Virus record (IMG/VR): IMGVR_UViG_3300044632_000653
Length of the DNA stretch: 64,000 bases
Source of the DNA: a virus
Direction: 5' to 3' (one strand)
The notes beneath the pieces are model-generated. The model did no database searches and was not told the origin of the DNA. It was given only the letters and a program-made list of their open reading frames with translations. Below, in pieces: positions 9,053-17,983 of the stretch; within the stretch, counting starts at the first letter, position 1; every line of letters begins with the position of its first letter. A program made the position numbers and the translations under genes.

Positions 9053-9262
9053 ATGAAACCAGCCGCCGCCTTCCTTCAGTTGATCCTCGTCGGATCGTTC
9101 CTCTGTTGTGCGCTCTACTTCATCCTCAGCGGAGCCATGTTCTCCCTCGGAGGGTTCATAGGGTGGATCGTCGTTTCCACCCTTATGACGATCATCGTCA
9201 CGGTGGCACTCCTGCCGCTGATCCTGTTGGTGGCGTTCATCGGCTACCTCCTCGGCTTCTGA
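9053..9262 (+). CDS. Small membrane protein
   Basis: Almost entirely hydrophobic, 2 likely TM helices. Confidence 0.6.
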   Translation: MKPAAAFLQLILVGSFLCCALYFILSGAMFSLGGFIGWIVVSTLMTIIVTVALLPLILLVAFIGYLLGF

Positions 9263-9343
9263 CCAAATTTTCGACATGTCGGCTTCAAGTGCGGTTCTTG
9301 AAGCCGATAGAGACATCACGATCAACCGCTTGGAAGATCGATT

Positions 9344-9631
9344 ATGCCACGACCACGAAAGCGAGTATCCCTCGACTACGCCGCCATCACCGAGGCACTT
9401 GACCGAGGAGAGGTGTTGAAACTCAAGGATCTCGCCAAAGCCCATGGAACATGCGCACCTGTCATCAAGCGTCTCTTGGAGGAACACTACGGGGATTCCG
9501 TATCGTTCGTCTACGGTCGCAATGGCGGTGTCCTTCGGAGCCAATCCGCACCCGAGTGGCTCAAGGCAAAGCAGGGTTCTTGGGTTGGATACACCCCGAT
9601 ACCGTCCCCGCAACTGTCAGGGACATCCTAG
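9344..9631 (+). CDS. Hypothetical protein, possible HTH DNA-binding
   Basis: LKLKDLAKAHGTCAPVIKRLL helix-turn-helix-like pattern. Confidence 0.5.
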   Translation: MPRPRKRVSLDYAAITEALDRGEVLKLKDLAKAHGTCAPVIKRLLEEHYGDSVSFVYGRNGGVLRSQSAPEWLKAKQGSWVGYTPIPSPQLSGTS

Positions 9632-9646
9632 TGTGATGTAAACTTG

Positions 9647-10027
9647 ATGCTCCGTCCCCGACAGTTCAACTTCCTCGCCGCCTTTGAGGCGGTTCACGGT
9701 CAGCCCGACTATGTGTCCCGACAGACTCTCTTGGAGTTTTGCGAGAAGCATGGCGGGACGAGCGGACCTTTCGGACACACCATCCGATGGCCTGCGTGGC
9801 TGACCTACAACCAAGGCACCGACCGTCCATACAAGTCCCTTCGCAGGGGTCAGTTCCGTATGACGGCGGCTTGGGAAGAGTACAACGCATGGAGGAGCCA
9901 ACGAAATGTTGCGACCCCCGATGCGCAGTCCCTTCCTGCCTCGGGCGGCGAGGAAACTTTTGTCCACAACCCCGAGCAATCGGGTAATCAAGGCAACTCC
10001 TCTGTGGAGGGGGTTGGAAACGCATGA
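9647..10027 (+). CDS. Hypothetical protein
   Basis: ORF in tandem + strand array. Confidence 0.5.
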   Translation: MLRPRQFNFLAAFEAVHGQPDYVSRQTLLEFCEKHGGTSGPFGHTIRWPAWLTYNQGTDRPYKSLRRGQFRMTAAWEEYNAWRSQRNVATPDAQSLPASGGEETFVHNPEQSGNQGNSSVEGVGNA

Positions 10028-10428
10028 GCATGGAACGCTCAGAAGGGAAGCCCATGGCAACCATGGCAACCAATGGACGGAATGTGAAGGTCAGGAACCG
10101 CAGCCGAATCGCTGCACAGAACCTCATGGAAGGCGACGAGTGCCTTCGCCGAGGAGAACCCTCGGTTCGTGTGGTTCGCATTCAGCGCACCGAGACCGCC
10201 TTCAGCGGCACGGTGAAGGTCACCTACGACAACGGTGAGACGCAGCGGTACAACTGGGACGAGCGAGTCTCCATCGTTGAGACTCCCGAGCGTCATCGGT
10301 ACCGTCGCAACTCGCTTCGCCGCAACGGTTATCAGAACTACCTCGTTGTCCGTGCGGTGAAGTCCTCGCCGACCACGACCCCGACCCCCAAGCGCAAGCC
10401 GAAGAGCAAGCGCACCACCCGCCGCTGA
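10024..10428 (+). CDS. Basic hypothetical protein (SH3-like beta barrel possible)
   Basis: ORF coupled to previous gene; Arg/Lys-rich tail; followed by terminator. Confidence 0.55.
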   Translation: MSMERSEGKPMATMATNGRNVKVRNRSRIAAQNLMEGDECLRRGEPSVRVVRIQRTETAFSGTVKVTYDNGETQRYNWDERVSIVETPERHRYRRNSLRRNGYQNYLVVRAVKSSPTTTPTPKRKPKSKRTTRR

Positions 10429-10456
10429 TCTTTCCGCCACCAAGGATCTCGGTACG

Positions 10457-10488
10457 ACAGACCCCCACTCGGGGGTCTGTTCTTTTTT
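10457..10488 (+). terminator. Intrinsic terminator
   Basis: acagaccccc-actc-gggggtctgt followed by tcttttt. Confidence 0.85.
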
Positions 10489-10520
10489 GCAACATTTTCT
10501 TCGATACTTGCTCCGATGGG

Positions 10521-10548
10521 TTGACAGACCCTAGGGGTTTGCTATCTT
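10521..10548 (+). promoter_or_regulatory. sigma70-type early promoter
   Basis: TTGACA-16 nt-TATCTT with extended -10 TG. Confidence 0.7.
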
Positions 10549-10573
10549 TTAGGTGAAGGAAAGGCACCTCCCC

Positions 10574-11431
10574 ATGACCACCTCACTCACCAACCCCACC
10601 AAAACCCTCCCGAGCGTGACCTCCACCGACACCATCATCAAGGTGACCGAGCGCACCTATGGTGGGGTCACCCACCCGATGTGGGACGGCTGCGGGTTCT
10701 CTGTCGAGTCGGATCTGCCGAGAGTGACCAAGGCGGTTGCTGAACTCCTCAACAACCCGAACCATGAGGTCCTCGCCGTCGAGTCCTACGAGAGCGAGAA
10801 CTACGACACCTACCCGCATACGGATATGGATGTGGCTCACACCACAACGAAGTCGGTGGGTCTCCGAGTCACCTACTTCGACGGCAGGAAGGTTGATTCG
10901 GAGTGGTTCATCACCCTCACCGTCAGGGGTCACGGTCTCACTACGAGGCGATACGAAAGGGTTCACGATGAGGTGAACGATGTCATCAACGAGATCCTCC
11001 GAAACCAACACGGGTACACGAACGCCGTCGAACAGATCCTCCTCTCGGTGCGAGAGAAGTTGAGCAACCTGACCCTGCCTCGCCTTGAGGAGATCCGAAC
11101 GGTTGCGGTCAACGCCTTGGTCGAGGATCAGACCGCCTTGGTTCGCACTCGGATGACCGCTCCCGAGAAGATCGTCAAGGGAGTCAAGGTCACGGTCGCC
11201 CGAGGTCGCAAGGTCCCTGTCGGAACGACGGGAACCGTGATTTGGAGGGGTCAAGGTCAGTACGGATGGCGAGTCGGAGTCAAGGACTCGACCGACACGG
11301 TGCATTGGACTGCGCTCACGAATGTGGATGTGGTCCTTGACGATGCCGTCGTGGCGGCGACCGCCCTCGCCGAGGCGAAGACCGAGTACAACCGCAGCCT
11401 CGCCAAGTTGTTCGGTCCCACCCGAGCGTGA
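10574..11431 (+). CDS. Early hypothetical protein with C-terminal SH3/KOW-like segment
   Basis: Own promoter, AAGGA RBS; VTVARGRKVPVGTTGTVIW motif. Confidence 0.6.
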   Translation: MTTSLTNPTKTLPSVTSTDTIIKVTERTYGGVTHPMWDGCGFSVESDLPRVTKAVAELLNNPNHEVLAVESYESENYDTYPHTDMDVAHTTTKSVGLRVTYFDGRKVDSEWFITLTVRGHGLTTRRYERVHDEVNDVINEILRNQHGYTNAVEQILLSVREKLSNLTLPRLEEIRTVAVNALVEDQTALVRTRMTAPEKIVKGVKVTVARGRKVPVGTTGTVIWRGQGQYGWRVGVKDSTDTVHWTALTNVDVVLDDAVVAATALAEAKTEYNRSLAKLFGPTRA

Positions 11432-11508
11432 CATAAACGAGATCCTTTCCCCGACCCTCCGTGAGCCTTGGTTCACGGGGGGTTTCTTCATGGCTAAATA
11501 TGAAAGCC

Positions 11509-12330
11509 ATGTATCACTATCAACGAGTAAGGGTCGCCGAAGCCGAGCGCATCGCTGCCGAACTGAAGAAGTCCTCCGAGTTCCATCCGATCTCCGATGG
11601 TTGGGAAGGGAAACTCGCCGAGGATTTGGCTACGAAGTCGGTCGATCCAAAGCAGTTCCCGAATCCCCTGCCGAGCGGCAAGGGATACGAGTTCCTCACC
11701 AAGGGACTCCGAGACGGCGACCAAGCCGATGACCGAGTGAAGGCTCGGAACGACACGATCCCTGCGAAGAACCTCAAGCCATCGCAGATGGACATCTACC
11801 TGTCGAAGGCTCTCGGCATGGCAATCGGAGGCGTGAAGGGCGGCAACCTCGCTGCGATCATCAGCCTTGACAACCACATCCTCGACGGTCACCACCGTTG
11901 GGCTGCGACGATGTTCTCCGATCCATCGGCGACCGTCACGGGCATCAGGATCGGTCTTCCCATAGGCGATCTCATACCCGTTCTGCGTTCGGTCGGTGAT
12001 GCCTACGGAAACCCGAGGCGAGGTGCGCCGAGCGGCGACATCAGCATCTACGACGCTAGCGACAAGGATGTAATCGATGCCGTCGTGAACGGCAAGGGGA
12101 TGGACCCGAGGTTCTACAACCATGACAAGGCTATGACTTGGCTCGACAGCATCGGCGGCGAGGCGTTCCTCGTCCAACGGTTCCGAGCCCTCAAGGGCAC
12201 CCGTCCACCGAGCGGAGCCCCGAACCGAATCAACATGCCCGTCATCGATGCCGAGAAAAACCAACATGTCAAGGCGGCTACCGCCATCGGCACGGGCAAG
12301 ATCGATGTCGTGAAACCCTACGGAAAGTGA
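11509..12330 (+). CDS. ParB/Srx-like domain protein
   Basis: LKPSQ...IISLDNHILDGHHRWAA motif; TAAATA at 11495-11500. Confidence 0.75.
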   Translation: MYHYQRVRVAEAERIAAELKKSSEFHPISDGWEGKLAEDLATKSVDPKQFPNPLPSGKGYEFLTKGLRDGDQADDRVKARNDTIPAKNLKPSQMDIYLSKALGMAIGGVKGGNLAAIISLDNHILDGHHRWAATMFSDPSATVTGIRIGLPIGDLIPVLRSVGDAYGNPRRGAPSGDISIYDASDKDVIDAVVNGKGMDPRFYNHDKAMTWLDSIGGEAFLVQRFRALKGTRPPSGAPNRINMPVIDAEKNQHVKAATAIGTGKIDVVKPYGK

Positions 12331-12337
12331 GGTCGTG

Positions 12338-12463
12338 ATGGCACGGAGTAGCAAGGGCGGATTCAAGCGCAGGTCCCTGCGGCAGAGGAAGGCTGAACTC
12401 GCCATGAAGACAGTCAACCGCAAGCGCAACTTGGCAGGTTGCGGCAAGGAGAAGCATGTCTGA
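12338..12463 (+). CDS. 41-aa basic peptide MARSSKGGFKRRSLRQRKAELAMKTVNRKRNLAGCGKEKHV (below ORF-track cutoff)
   Basis: GAGG RBS; fills the gap between flanking genes; very Arg/Lys-rich. Confidence 0.5.
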   Translation: MARSSKGGFKRRSLRQRKAELAMKTVNRKRNLAGCGKEKHV

Positions 12464-12794
12464 CATCATCTCACAGGCGATGGGCATCCTCGGCGGCAAG
12501 AAGAAGGATGGTCCACCCGCACCCGCAACCACGCCACAGCGACCTCTTGTGGAGCAGTCCCCCGTGCGCACGGGCGCACCCACGCCCACGCCCACGCACG
12601 GGCGCACACCCACGCAAGTGCGTGACCGCCTGACGAGCGTCGAGCGGAAGGTGGTGGGCGAACTCGCAAGGTTCGCAGCACTCCACGCACAGATCATTGA
12701 GATCCGTCAGCGGATGGAGCAGGGCGAGAGCCACGGGCTCGTTGAGAGCCGCCTTGAGGACACGCTCCGCATCGCTAAGATCACCGTGAAGTGA
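12456..12794 (+). CDS. Hypothetical protein containing a GCAC repeat cluster
   Basis: AGGAG RBS; coiled-coil C-terminus. Confidence 0.6.
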   Translation: MSDIISQAMGILGGKKKDGPPAPATTPQRPLVEQSPVRTGAPTPTPTHGRTPTQVRDRLTSVERKVVGELARFAALHAQIIEIRQRMEQGESHGLVESRLEDTLRIAKITVK

Positions 12795-12844
12795 TCTTGA
12801 CCTGACGGCTAAAACCGAGCGGACATCCACCGATAGATACCACA

Positions 12845-13003
12845 AACCACCGTGATGCCTCGCTAGCAGGGCTATGTTCACGGGCAAGGCATCTCGTAAG
12901 GGTGCCGTGGGTGGTTGGAAGCGGTTCCCCACCCTTTCGTTGAAGCCCCACGGGAGATAGCATCTCCCGTCCGACCCCCCTTGGATCCGAGGGGGGTTTC
13001 TTC
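12845..13003 (+). ncRNA. Candidate structured ncRNA (late promoter to terminator)
   Basis: TAGATA at 12834-12839, four hairpins, then cccccc/gggggg terminator; no convincing ORF. Confidence 0.4.
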
Positions 13004-13039
13004 ATTGCTAAATACTCCCAATCAGGAGTTTGAACAGCC

Positions 13040-15337
13040 ATGATGAATGACATTCAGCGCAGGATCCTCGCAGAAGCGATCAAGTACGGCGGCAGCAACA
13101 TCTCGGTCCCCGAGCAGATGGCGAAGATGATCAACGAGTCTCCCGTCCTCACGGGCGGCGAGGCTGCACCCACGCTGTTCGGATGGGGCAAGCATCAGTT
13201 TGAAGCCAAGTTCCGTGAACTCCTGACGAGGATGGGGTTTGAGCGAGGCATCATCCACATGAAGACCGAGGGTCAGGAGATGAAGATGTACTTCGCCAAC
13301 GCTGCGAAGGCTCGGGACTTCGTGGTCGCTTTCAATGGTCTTGCCCGTCGCAAGAGCATGGGATCGGTCGCATCGGTCGCCACGCAGTTCAACAAGATCA
13401 AGGTACCCACGGGGACCAACGCCATCGTCAGCCTCGACCTCACGATGATCCGTGGCGAGTCGCTCGACATCGAAGGCACCGACCTCTACGAGTGGTTCAC
13501 AGGCGACAGCATCACCGAGGAGCCTCTCAACGAAGGCGGCGTGAAGGCTGCGCTTGAGGACTTCATGTATTCGCTGCCCAAGGCTGCGATTGCCGAAATC
13601 AAGCCGTTGATGACGGGCAAGCGTGGTCCTGTCGAGCATGCCATGCGACTCGCTTCGATCACGGCGATTCTGAACAAGCACGGCGTTGCCAAGAAACTGA
13701 TGGGGTACAACACCGCCAATCTCGTCAGCGATTACTTCAACACCTTCCATGGCGAGTCCGTCAAGGAAGAAGTTGAAGTCCAAGAGGAGTACTACTCTAG
13801 GGCAATCAATGAACCCCAATTCATACCCGCAAAGCATCTCTATGAATCGTTTTTCAAAACCCTCAAGGATGAGAAACTACCATTCGATAAAGGACAAGCA
13901 GAAAAATCCCTTGAGTATGTGTTTGCCTTGTCATTGAATGTCAAGTCTAACTGGAGCAAGTACATCAAGAATCAGGGAGACTTGATCCGTGAGGCGATGA
14001 CTCACTACATGAAGGCGATGCGGGTGGGTGGAGTGATTGAGCAACTGTCCGAACAGCAACAGGTCATCGGCAAGTATCGCTTCACATCGTTCACCGAAGG
14101 CAGCATCAGCGGATGGCTGATCAGCGTACAGGGCATCGGTGAGGTCGGCTTTATCCAAGCACCCGCCAAGAGGAACAGCAAGACTACTGTTGCTCCACAC
14201 AGGGTGTACAAGACCAAGGGACAGTCGGAAGGCGATCCCAAGTTGGTGCTGACTGCATATCCCGATAGCGGCACAAGACTTGTGGGTGGACTTGTAGACA
14301 ACAAGGAGATTCGTTTCGCTCCCCGTCAACTCCTCAAGGCTGTCGCCATGTGGATGGACAAGCATGGCAAGACGATGACCGAAGAAGTTGAGATCACAGA
14401 GTCTCAGGATTTCCTATTGGAACTGAGTGCCGACGATCCCGACATTGAGAAGGCAGACAGAGATCTTAGAGAGAGGGAACTGTCACAAATTGGGCAGTTC
14501 ATTCGGAGTCTGCCCAAGAATGCGATTCGTGAACTCAGAAAACATTGTCATGTTTATGGCAGTAGTTATTCGGGTGAATATACACGCCCACCAAATAAAC
14601 TCAAAGCCATCAACTCTATTCTCAAGAAGTATGGAATTCCCCAAGAGGTAGTGTTGGATCCTAAATTTCCCCGTATCAAAGACCGAGTTGACAAACTTGT
14701 TTACGATCATTTGGATAGGGTGAGACCCGCAACCTTCCGTGTCATGGGCGGTGCTGAGACAATGATTCGTAACGATATTGCAAATGGGGCAATATCAATG
14801 TCGGGATCAAATTGGCAAAGCGTTTTTGATGATGGGGCAAATCAGGAACATTCGGGCCATTTCATTGTTCTCACCAAGAACTACAAGAACAAGTATTCTC
14901 CTAGAGATACTATTAGTGTCGATTGGAAAACAGAGGAGATGCTTGCCCGTGAACTACGAAGACTTCCAAATGCAAAGATGCCCGAAATAAAACTTGGTGC
15001 CAAGACAACTTGGTCGGCTCCATCGGTTGGTGGGGGTGGCACCCCCATGGGTGGGGGTGGCGAGATGACCATTATCGCCATAAAGGAACAGGTCGAGATG
15101 GTGAGCGAGTACCACCGCCGTGGCGGCTACCGCTCGACCTCGTACTCGGGCGACCCCCGTTGGATTACCGCCAAGTATGCGGGTAGGGACTCGCACGGCA
15201 AGCCTTTCAAGGCGGGTGAAAGGGTCCTGTACTTCCCGAACGGCAAGAAGTTCTACACGGGAGCGGAGGCAGAAAAGGCGTGGCTTGAGTTCCTCTCTGC
15301 CAAGGGCGACGAAGAAGGCATGCCGTTCGCCCGTTGA
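13040..15337 (+). CDS. Mosaic 765-aa putative internal head polyprotein
   Basis: TAAATA at 13009, AGGAG RBS; modules separated by acidic linkers (ITEEPLNE, VKEEVEVQEE, MTEEVEITE, IKEQVEMVSE); internal AT-rich blocks. Confidence 0.65.
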   Translation: MMNDIQRRILAEAIKYGGSNISVPEQMAKMINESPVLTGGEAAPTLFGWGKHQFEAKFRELLTRMGFERGIIHMKTEGQEMKMYFANAAKARDFVVAFNGLARRKSMGSVASVATQFNKIKVPTGTNAIVSLDLTMIRGESLDIEGTDLYEWFTGDSITEEPLNEGGVKAALEDFMYSLPKAAIAEIKPLMTGKRGPVEHAMRLASITAILNKHGVAKKLMGYNTANLVSDYFNTFHGESVKEEVEVQEEYYSRAINEPQFIPAKHLYESFFKTLKDEKLPFDKGQAEKSLEYVFALSLNVKSNWSKYIKNQGDLIREAMTHYMKAMRVGGVIEQLSEQQQVIGKYRFTSFTEGSISGWLISVQGIGEVGFIQAPAKRNSKTTVAPHRVYKTKGQSEGDPKLVLTAYPDSGTRLVGGLVDNKEIRFAPRQLLKAVAMWMDKHGKTMTEEVEITESQDFLLELSADDPDIEKADRDLRERELSQIGQFIRSLPKNAIRELRKHCHVYGSSYSGEYTRPPNKLKAINSILKKYGIPQEVVLDPKFPRIKDRVDKLVYDHLDRVRPATFRVMGGAETMIRNDIANGAISMSGSNWQSVFDDGANQEHSGHFIVLTKNYKNKYSPRDTISVDWKTEEMLARELRRLPNAKMPEIKLGAKTTWSAPSVGGGGTPMGGGGEMTIIAIKEQVEMVSEYHRRGGYRSTSYSGDPRWITAKYAGRDSHGKPFKAGERVLYFPNGKKFYTGAEAEKAWLEFLSAKGDEEGMPFAR

Positions 15338-15355
15338 AACATTCAATAAGATCGT

Positions 15356-15391
15356 AAACCCCCTGCCGCTCAACGGCGGGGGTTTTCATTT
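15356..15391 (+). terminator. Intrinsic terminator
   Basis: aaaccccctgccg..cggcgggggtttt. Confidence 0.75.
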
Positions 15392-15488
15392 GCTATCTTT
15401 TCCTAGCCTAAAGATAGCGTTCGCCAAGGCGACAGTCAGGCATAAGTAACCGCACCCCCATGTCGGGGGCCCAATACAAGGAGCAGTA

Positions 15489-16256
15489 ATGATCAAGCAG
15501 AGCATCTTGGGGGTTGGCATCGCCGCCACCCTCACGACCGCCGCCCTCGCACAGGGCAGCAGCACTCAGGACGAGCCGTCGATCAAGGCGGCAGTCTCGG
15601 ACATCAAGTGGTCGATCAACGAGAACTTCGGCTACTACACCTTCGACGGTGGAGAGGATCTCCTCGCATTCGACACGACCTTCGCACTCTCGTTGAACGA
15701 GGACACCGAGGTGTTCGTTTCGATCCCCGTGTACAATCAGGGAGATGAGACCAGCATCGCAAACCTCGCTGTCGGTGGTGAGTTCGTCGCCGCAAAGGGA
15801 ACCGATGGTCTCCTCGGGGAGTGGGACCTCTCTCTTGGCGGCGGTGTGTATCTTCCTGTTGGCTCGGAGACTTTCGATTCGTCCAATGTGGACCCGTTCT
15901 TCACGGGCGAGTTCGGCTGCAAGGCTTGGGTGTTCGACTTCACCCAAACCGCAGAGTTCCGCTTCGTTGGGGGCGGTGCCTACATGCCGTGGCTCGGTGC
16001 GAAGACCGACTCGGATGTCCTCACCTTGGGTAGCAACCTCGGCTACAAGTGGGGCGAGTTCGACCTCGCCGCCGAACTGACGCAGATCTACTACATCGAT
16101 GCGAACGAGGAGCAGATCTTCCTCGGTCCTGTCGTGTCGTGGAGCCCGAACAACACGGTGTCCATCGAAGCCAAGGTGGACTTCCCCATCACGCAGAACA
16201 CCTCGACCCCCGAGACCGACATGGTCGTTGGCGTTGGTCTCGGCATCAAGTTCTGA
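15489..16256 (+). CDS. Outer-membrane beta-barrel protein
   Basis: Signal peptide ending ALA-Q; alternating amphipathic strands; C-terminal GVGLGIKF beta-signal with terminal Phe. Confidence 0.8.
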   Translation: MIKQSILGVGIAATLTTAALAQGSSTQDEPSIKAAVSDIKWSINENFGYYTFDGGEDLLAFDTTFALSLNEDTEVFVSIPVYNQGDETSIANLAVGGEFVAAKGTDGLLGEWDLSLGGGVYLPVGSETFDSSNVDPFFTGEFGCKAWVFDFTQTAEFRFVGGGAYMPWLGAKTDSDVLTLGSNLGYKWGEFDLAAELTQIYYIDANEEQIFLGPVVSWSPNNTVSIEAKVDFPITQNTSTPETDMVVGVGLGIKF

Positions 16257-16301
16257 ACCATGTACATCAACCCGAACAACCTCAAGAAGGAACCTGAAAA
16301 G

Positions 16302-16460
16302 ATGAAGACGAACAACGAGTGCTGCCCGACCAAGTCGGGCTTCTGTTGGAAGAACCCCGTTCATGTGGTCCTCTTCCTCGCCGTCCTGCCGTTTGCCCTG
16401 AACGGGCTCAACACGGTGTGGACCGCCGTTCAAACCGCCATCACCACGATGACCAAGTGA
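16302..16460 (+). CDS. Small membrane peptide
   Basis: AAGGA RBS; CCP..FCW followed by a hydrophobic helix. Confidence 0.55.
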   Translation: MKTNNECCPTKSGFCWKNPVHVVLFLAVLPFALNGLNTVWTAVQTAITTMTK

Positions 16461-16501
16461 ACCAAAACCCCGCCCCGCAAGGGTGGGTTAGCCTTGGCAA
16501 G

Positions 16502-16540
16502 GACAGGGAGGGAGCCTTCGGGTTCCCTCCCTTGTCTTTT
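16502..16540 (+). terminator. Intrinsic terminator
   Basis: gacagggagggagcc-ttcg-ggttccctcccttgtc followed by tttt. Confidence 0.9.
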
Positions 16541-16559
16541 GGAAACCATAAATACTCAT

Positions 16560-16856
16560 GTGAAGACCTTCAGCGAGTACATCATGGAGACCAACACCAC
16601 GGCAAACCTGATCTATGCGGGGACGGACTTTGCCGTCGATGATGTCGGGGGAGACTTCGATGTCGAGGACTACGAATCCGAAGACCCCGAGGACCGCAAG
16701 AAGATGAAACCGTGGGAAGTGGAGAACGCCGAGGAAGCGAACCGCCGCAGGAACCACATCCTGCAGTGGCTGAAGGCAGCGGGGGCAAATCAATCCAAGG
16801 CGGTGACCGACAAGAGTTTGCCGCTCACACCCGAATGGCAGTCGAGGACACGATGA
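16560..16856 (+). CDS. Putative internal head protein, leader MKTFSEYIME
   Basis: GTG 5 nt after TAAATA; CTS-like leader. Confidence 0.7.
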   Translation: MKTFSEYIMETNTTANLIYAGTDFAVDDVGGDFDVEDYESEDPEDRKKMKPWEVENAEEANRRRNHILQWLKAAGANQSKAVTDKSLPLTPEWQSRTR

Positions 16857-17797
16857 AGTCTTACCAGCATTTCATAAACGATCTCAACGAGATGAAGAAC
16901 ATAGGTGACGGCGACTGCATGGTGGTCGCCGCACAGATGTTGGTCTATCAGTCGTTCGGACCACACGCCGACATCGTGAACAAGGACTCCGTTCTCGTCC
17001 ATGCCCTCGTCAGGGGTCAAGGCAAGGCGAAGGGTCTCCGATTCGCCCACGCATGGGTCGAGACGGGTGACACGGTTTACGACTACAGCAACGGCAACAA
17101 GATAGCGATGCCGAAGGATGTCTACTACGCCATCGGCGGGGTGAAGGCCAAGCAGAAGGGTGCCTACTTCACATACACGCTGAAGGAAGCGAAGAAGAAG
17201 TTGCTCTCGACGGGTCACTACGGTCCTTGGGATCTTGACGAAAGCCTTGAGGAGAACAAGATCTCGGATCCCCGAGGGATCGGTCGGAAGAGGCTGCGGC
17301 TGTCCCCGAAGATGACCGATTTCCTCAAGACGAAGTTGACCGAGGCGATCATCACGGGTCGCCCGACCACGGGCATGCGCACGGGCGGGGGTGTGCGCTC
17401 CCTCGCACCCGCACAGCCGCAGGAGCATTCGTTCGTGTCGTGGAACGATCTCAAGCGGCTTGAGTCCATGCTTGATGCGCTCTTCGCACAGGCGGGTCTC
17501 GACATCGCCTTCACCAAGCACTTCTGGGAACGAATCAATGGAAGCCGTGGCTACGGTGGTACGGTTTCGATCCCCGAGTTGCAGGATGCCTTCCGCAAGA
17601 CCTTCTCCAAGTACGCACAGCAGATCAAGGGGAAGTCGGTGAATTGGAAGGCAATCATCCTCGACATCGGCAAGGACCACCTCAACATGCCCTTCGTCCT
17701 CAATTGGAGCCCACAGGAGAAGGAGATGTCCATCGTCGCCCTCACGGCGATGAAGAAGCGCAACTTCATGGCATCCGAGCCCAAACTCCCCGTCTGA
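16853..17797 (+). CDS. Two-domain putative internal protein: papain/transglutaminase-like domain + RelE/BECR-like domain
   Basis: Leader MKSYQHFINDLNE; GDC...HAWVE triad pattern; second module FTKHFWERINGSR after LTE. Confidence 0.55.
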   Translation: MKSYQHFINDLNEMKNIGDGDCMVVAAQMLVYQSFGPHADIVNKDSVLVHALVRGQGKAKGLRFAHAWVETGDTVYDYSNGNKIAMPKDVYYAIGGVKAKQKGAYFTYTLKEAKKKLLSTGHYGPWDLDESLEENKISDPRGIGRKRLRLSPKMTDFLKTKLTEAIITGRPTTGMRTGGGVRSLAPAQPQEHSFVSWNDLKRLESMLDALFAQAGLDIAFTKHFWERINGSRGYGGTVSIPELQDAFRKTFSKYAQQIKGKSVNWKAIILDIGKDHLNMPFVLNWSPQEKEMSIVALTAMKKRNFMASEPKLPV

Positions 17798-17800
17798 ACC

Positions 17801-17983
17801 ATGGAAGACCGAATCATCAACCGAGGGAAGGATTGGTTCGCCTTTACGAAGAGCATGGCTGACTACATGGTGAAGCCCATCCCGAGGAAGTTGCGGGGAG
17901 AGCCGAAGACCAAGGGAATCGCCAACGACACCCGACAGGCGCAGCACTCACCGACGAAGAATACGACAAGGATGCGACTCTAA
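17801..17983 (+). CDS. Small basic hypothetical protein
   Basis: Fills gap; TAATG coupling to the next gene. Confidence 0.5.
   Translation: MEDRIINRGKDWFAFTKSMADYMVKPIPRKLRGEPKTKGIANDTRQAQHSPTKNTTRMRL

Noticed and set aside
12880-12935. c-di-GMP-I riboswitch or SRP RNA identity for the 12845 element
   Set aside because: Only a GGGCAA fragment resembles the riboswitch; the other conserved motifs of either family are missing
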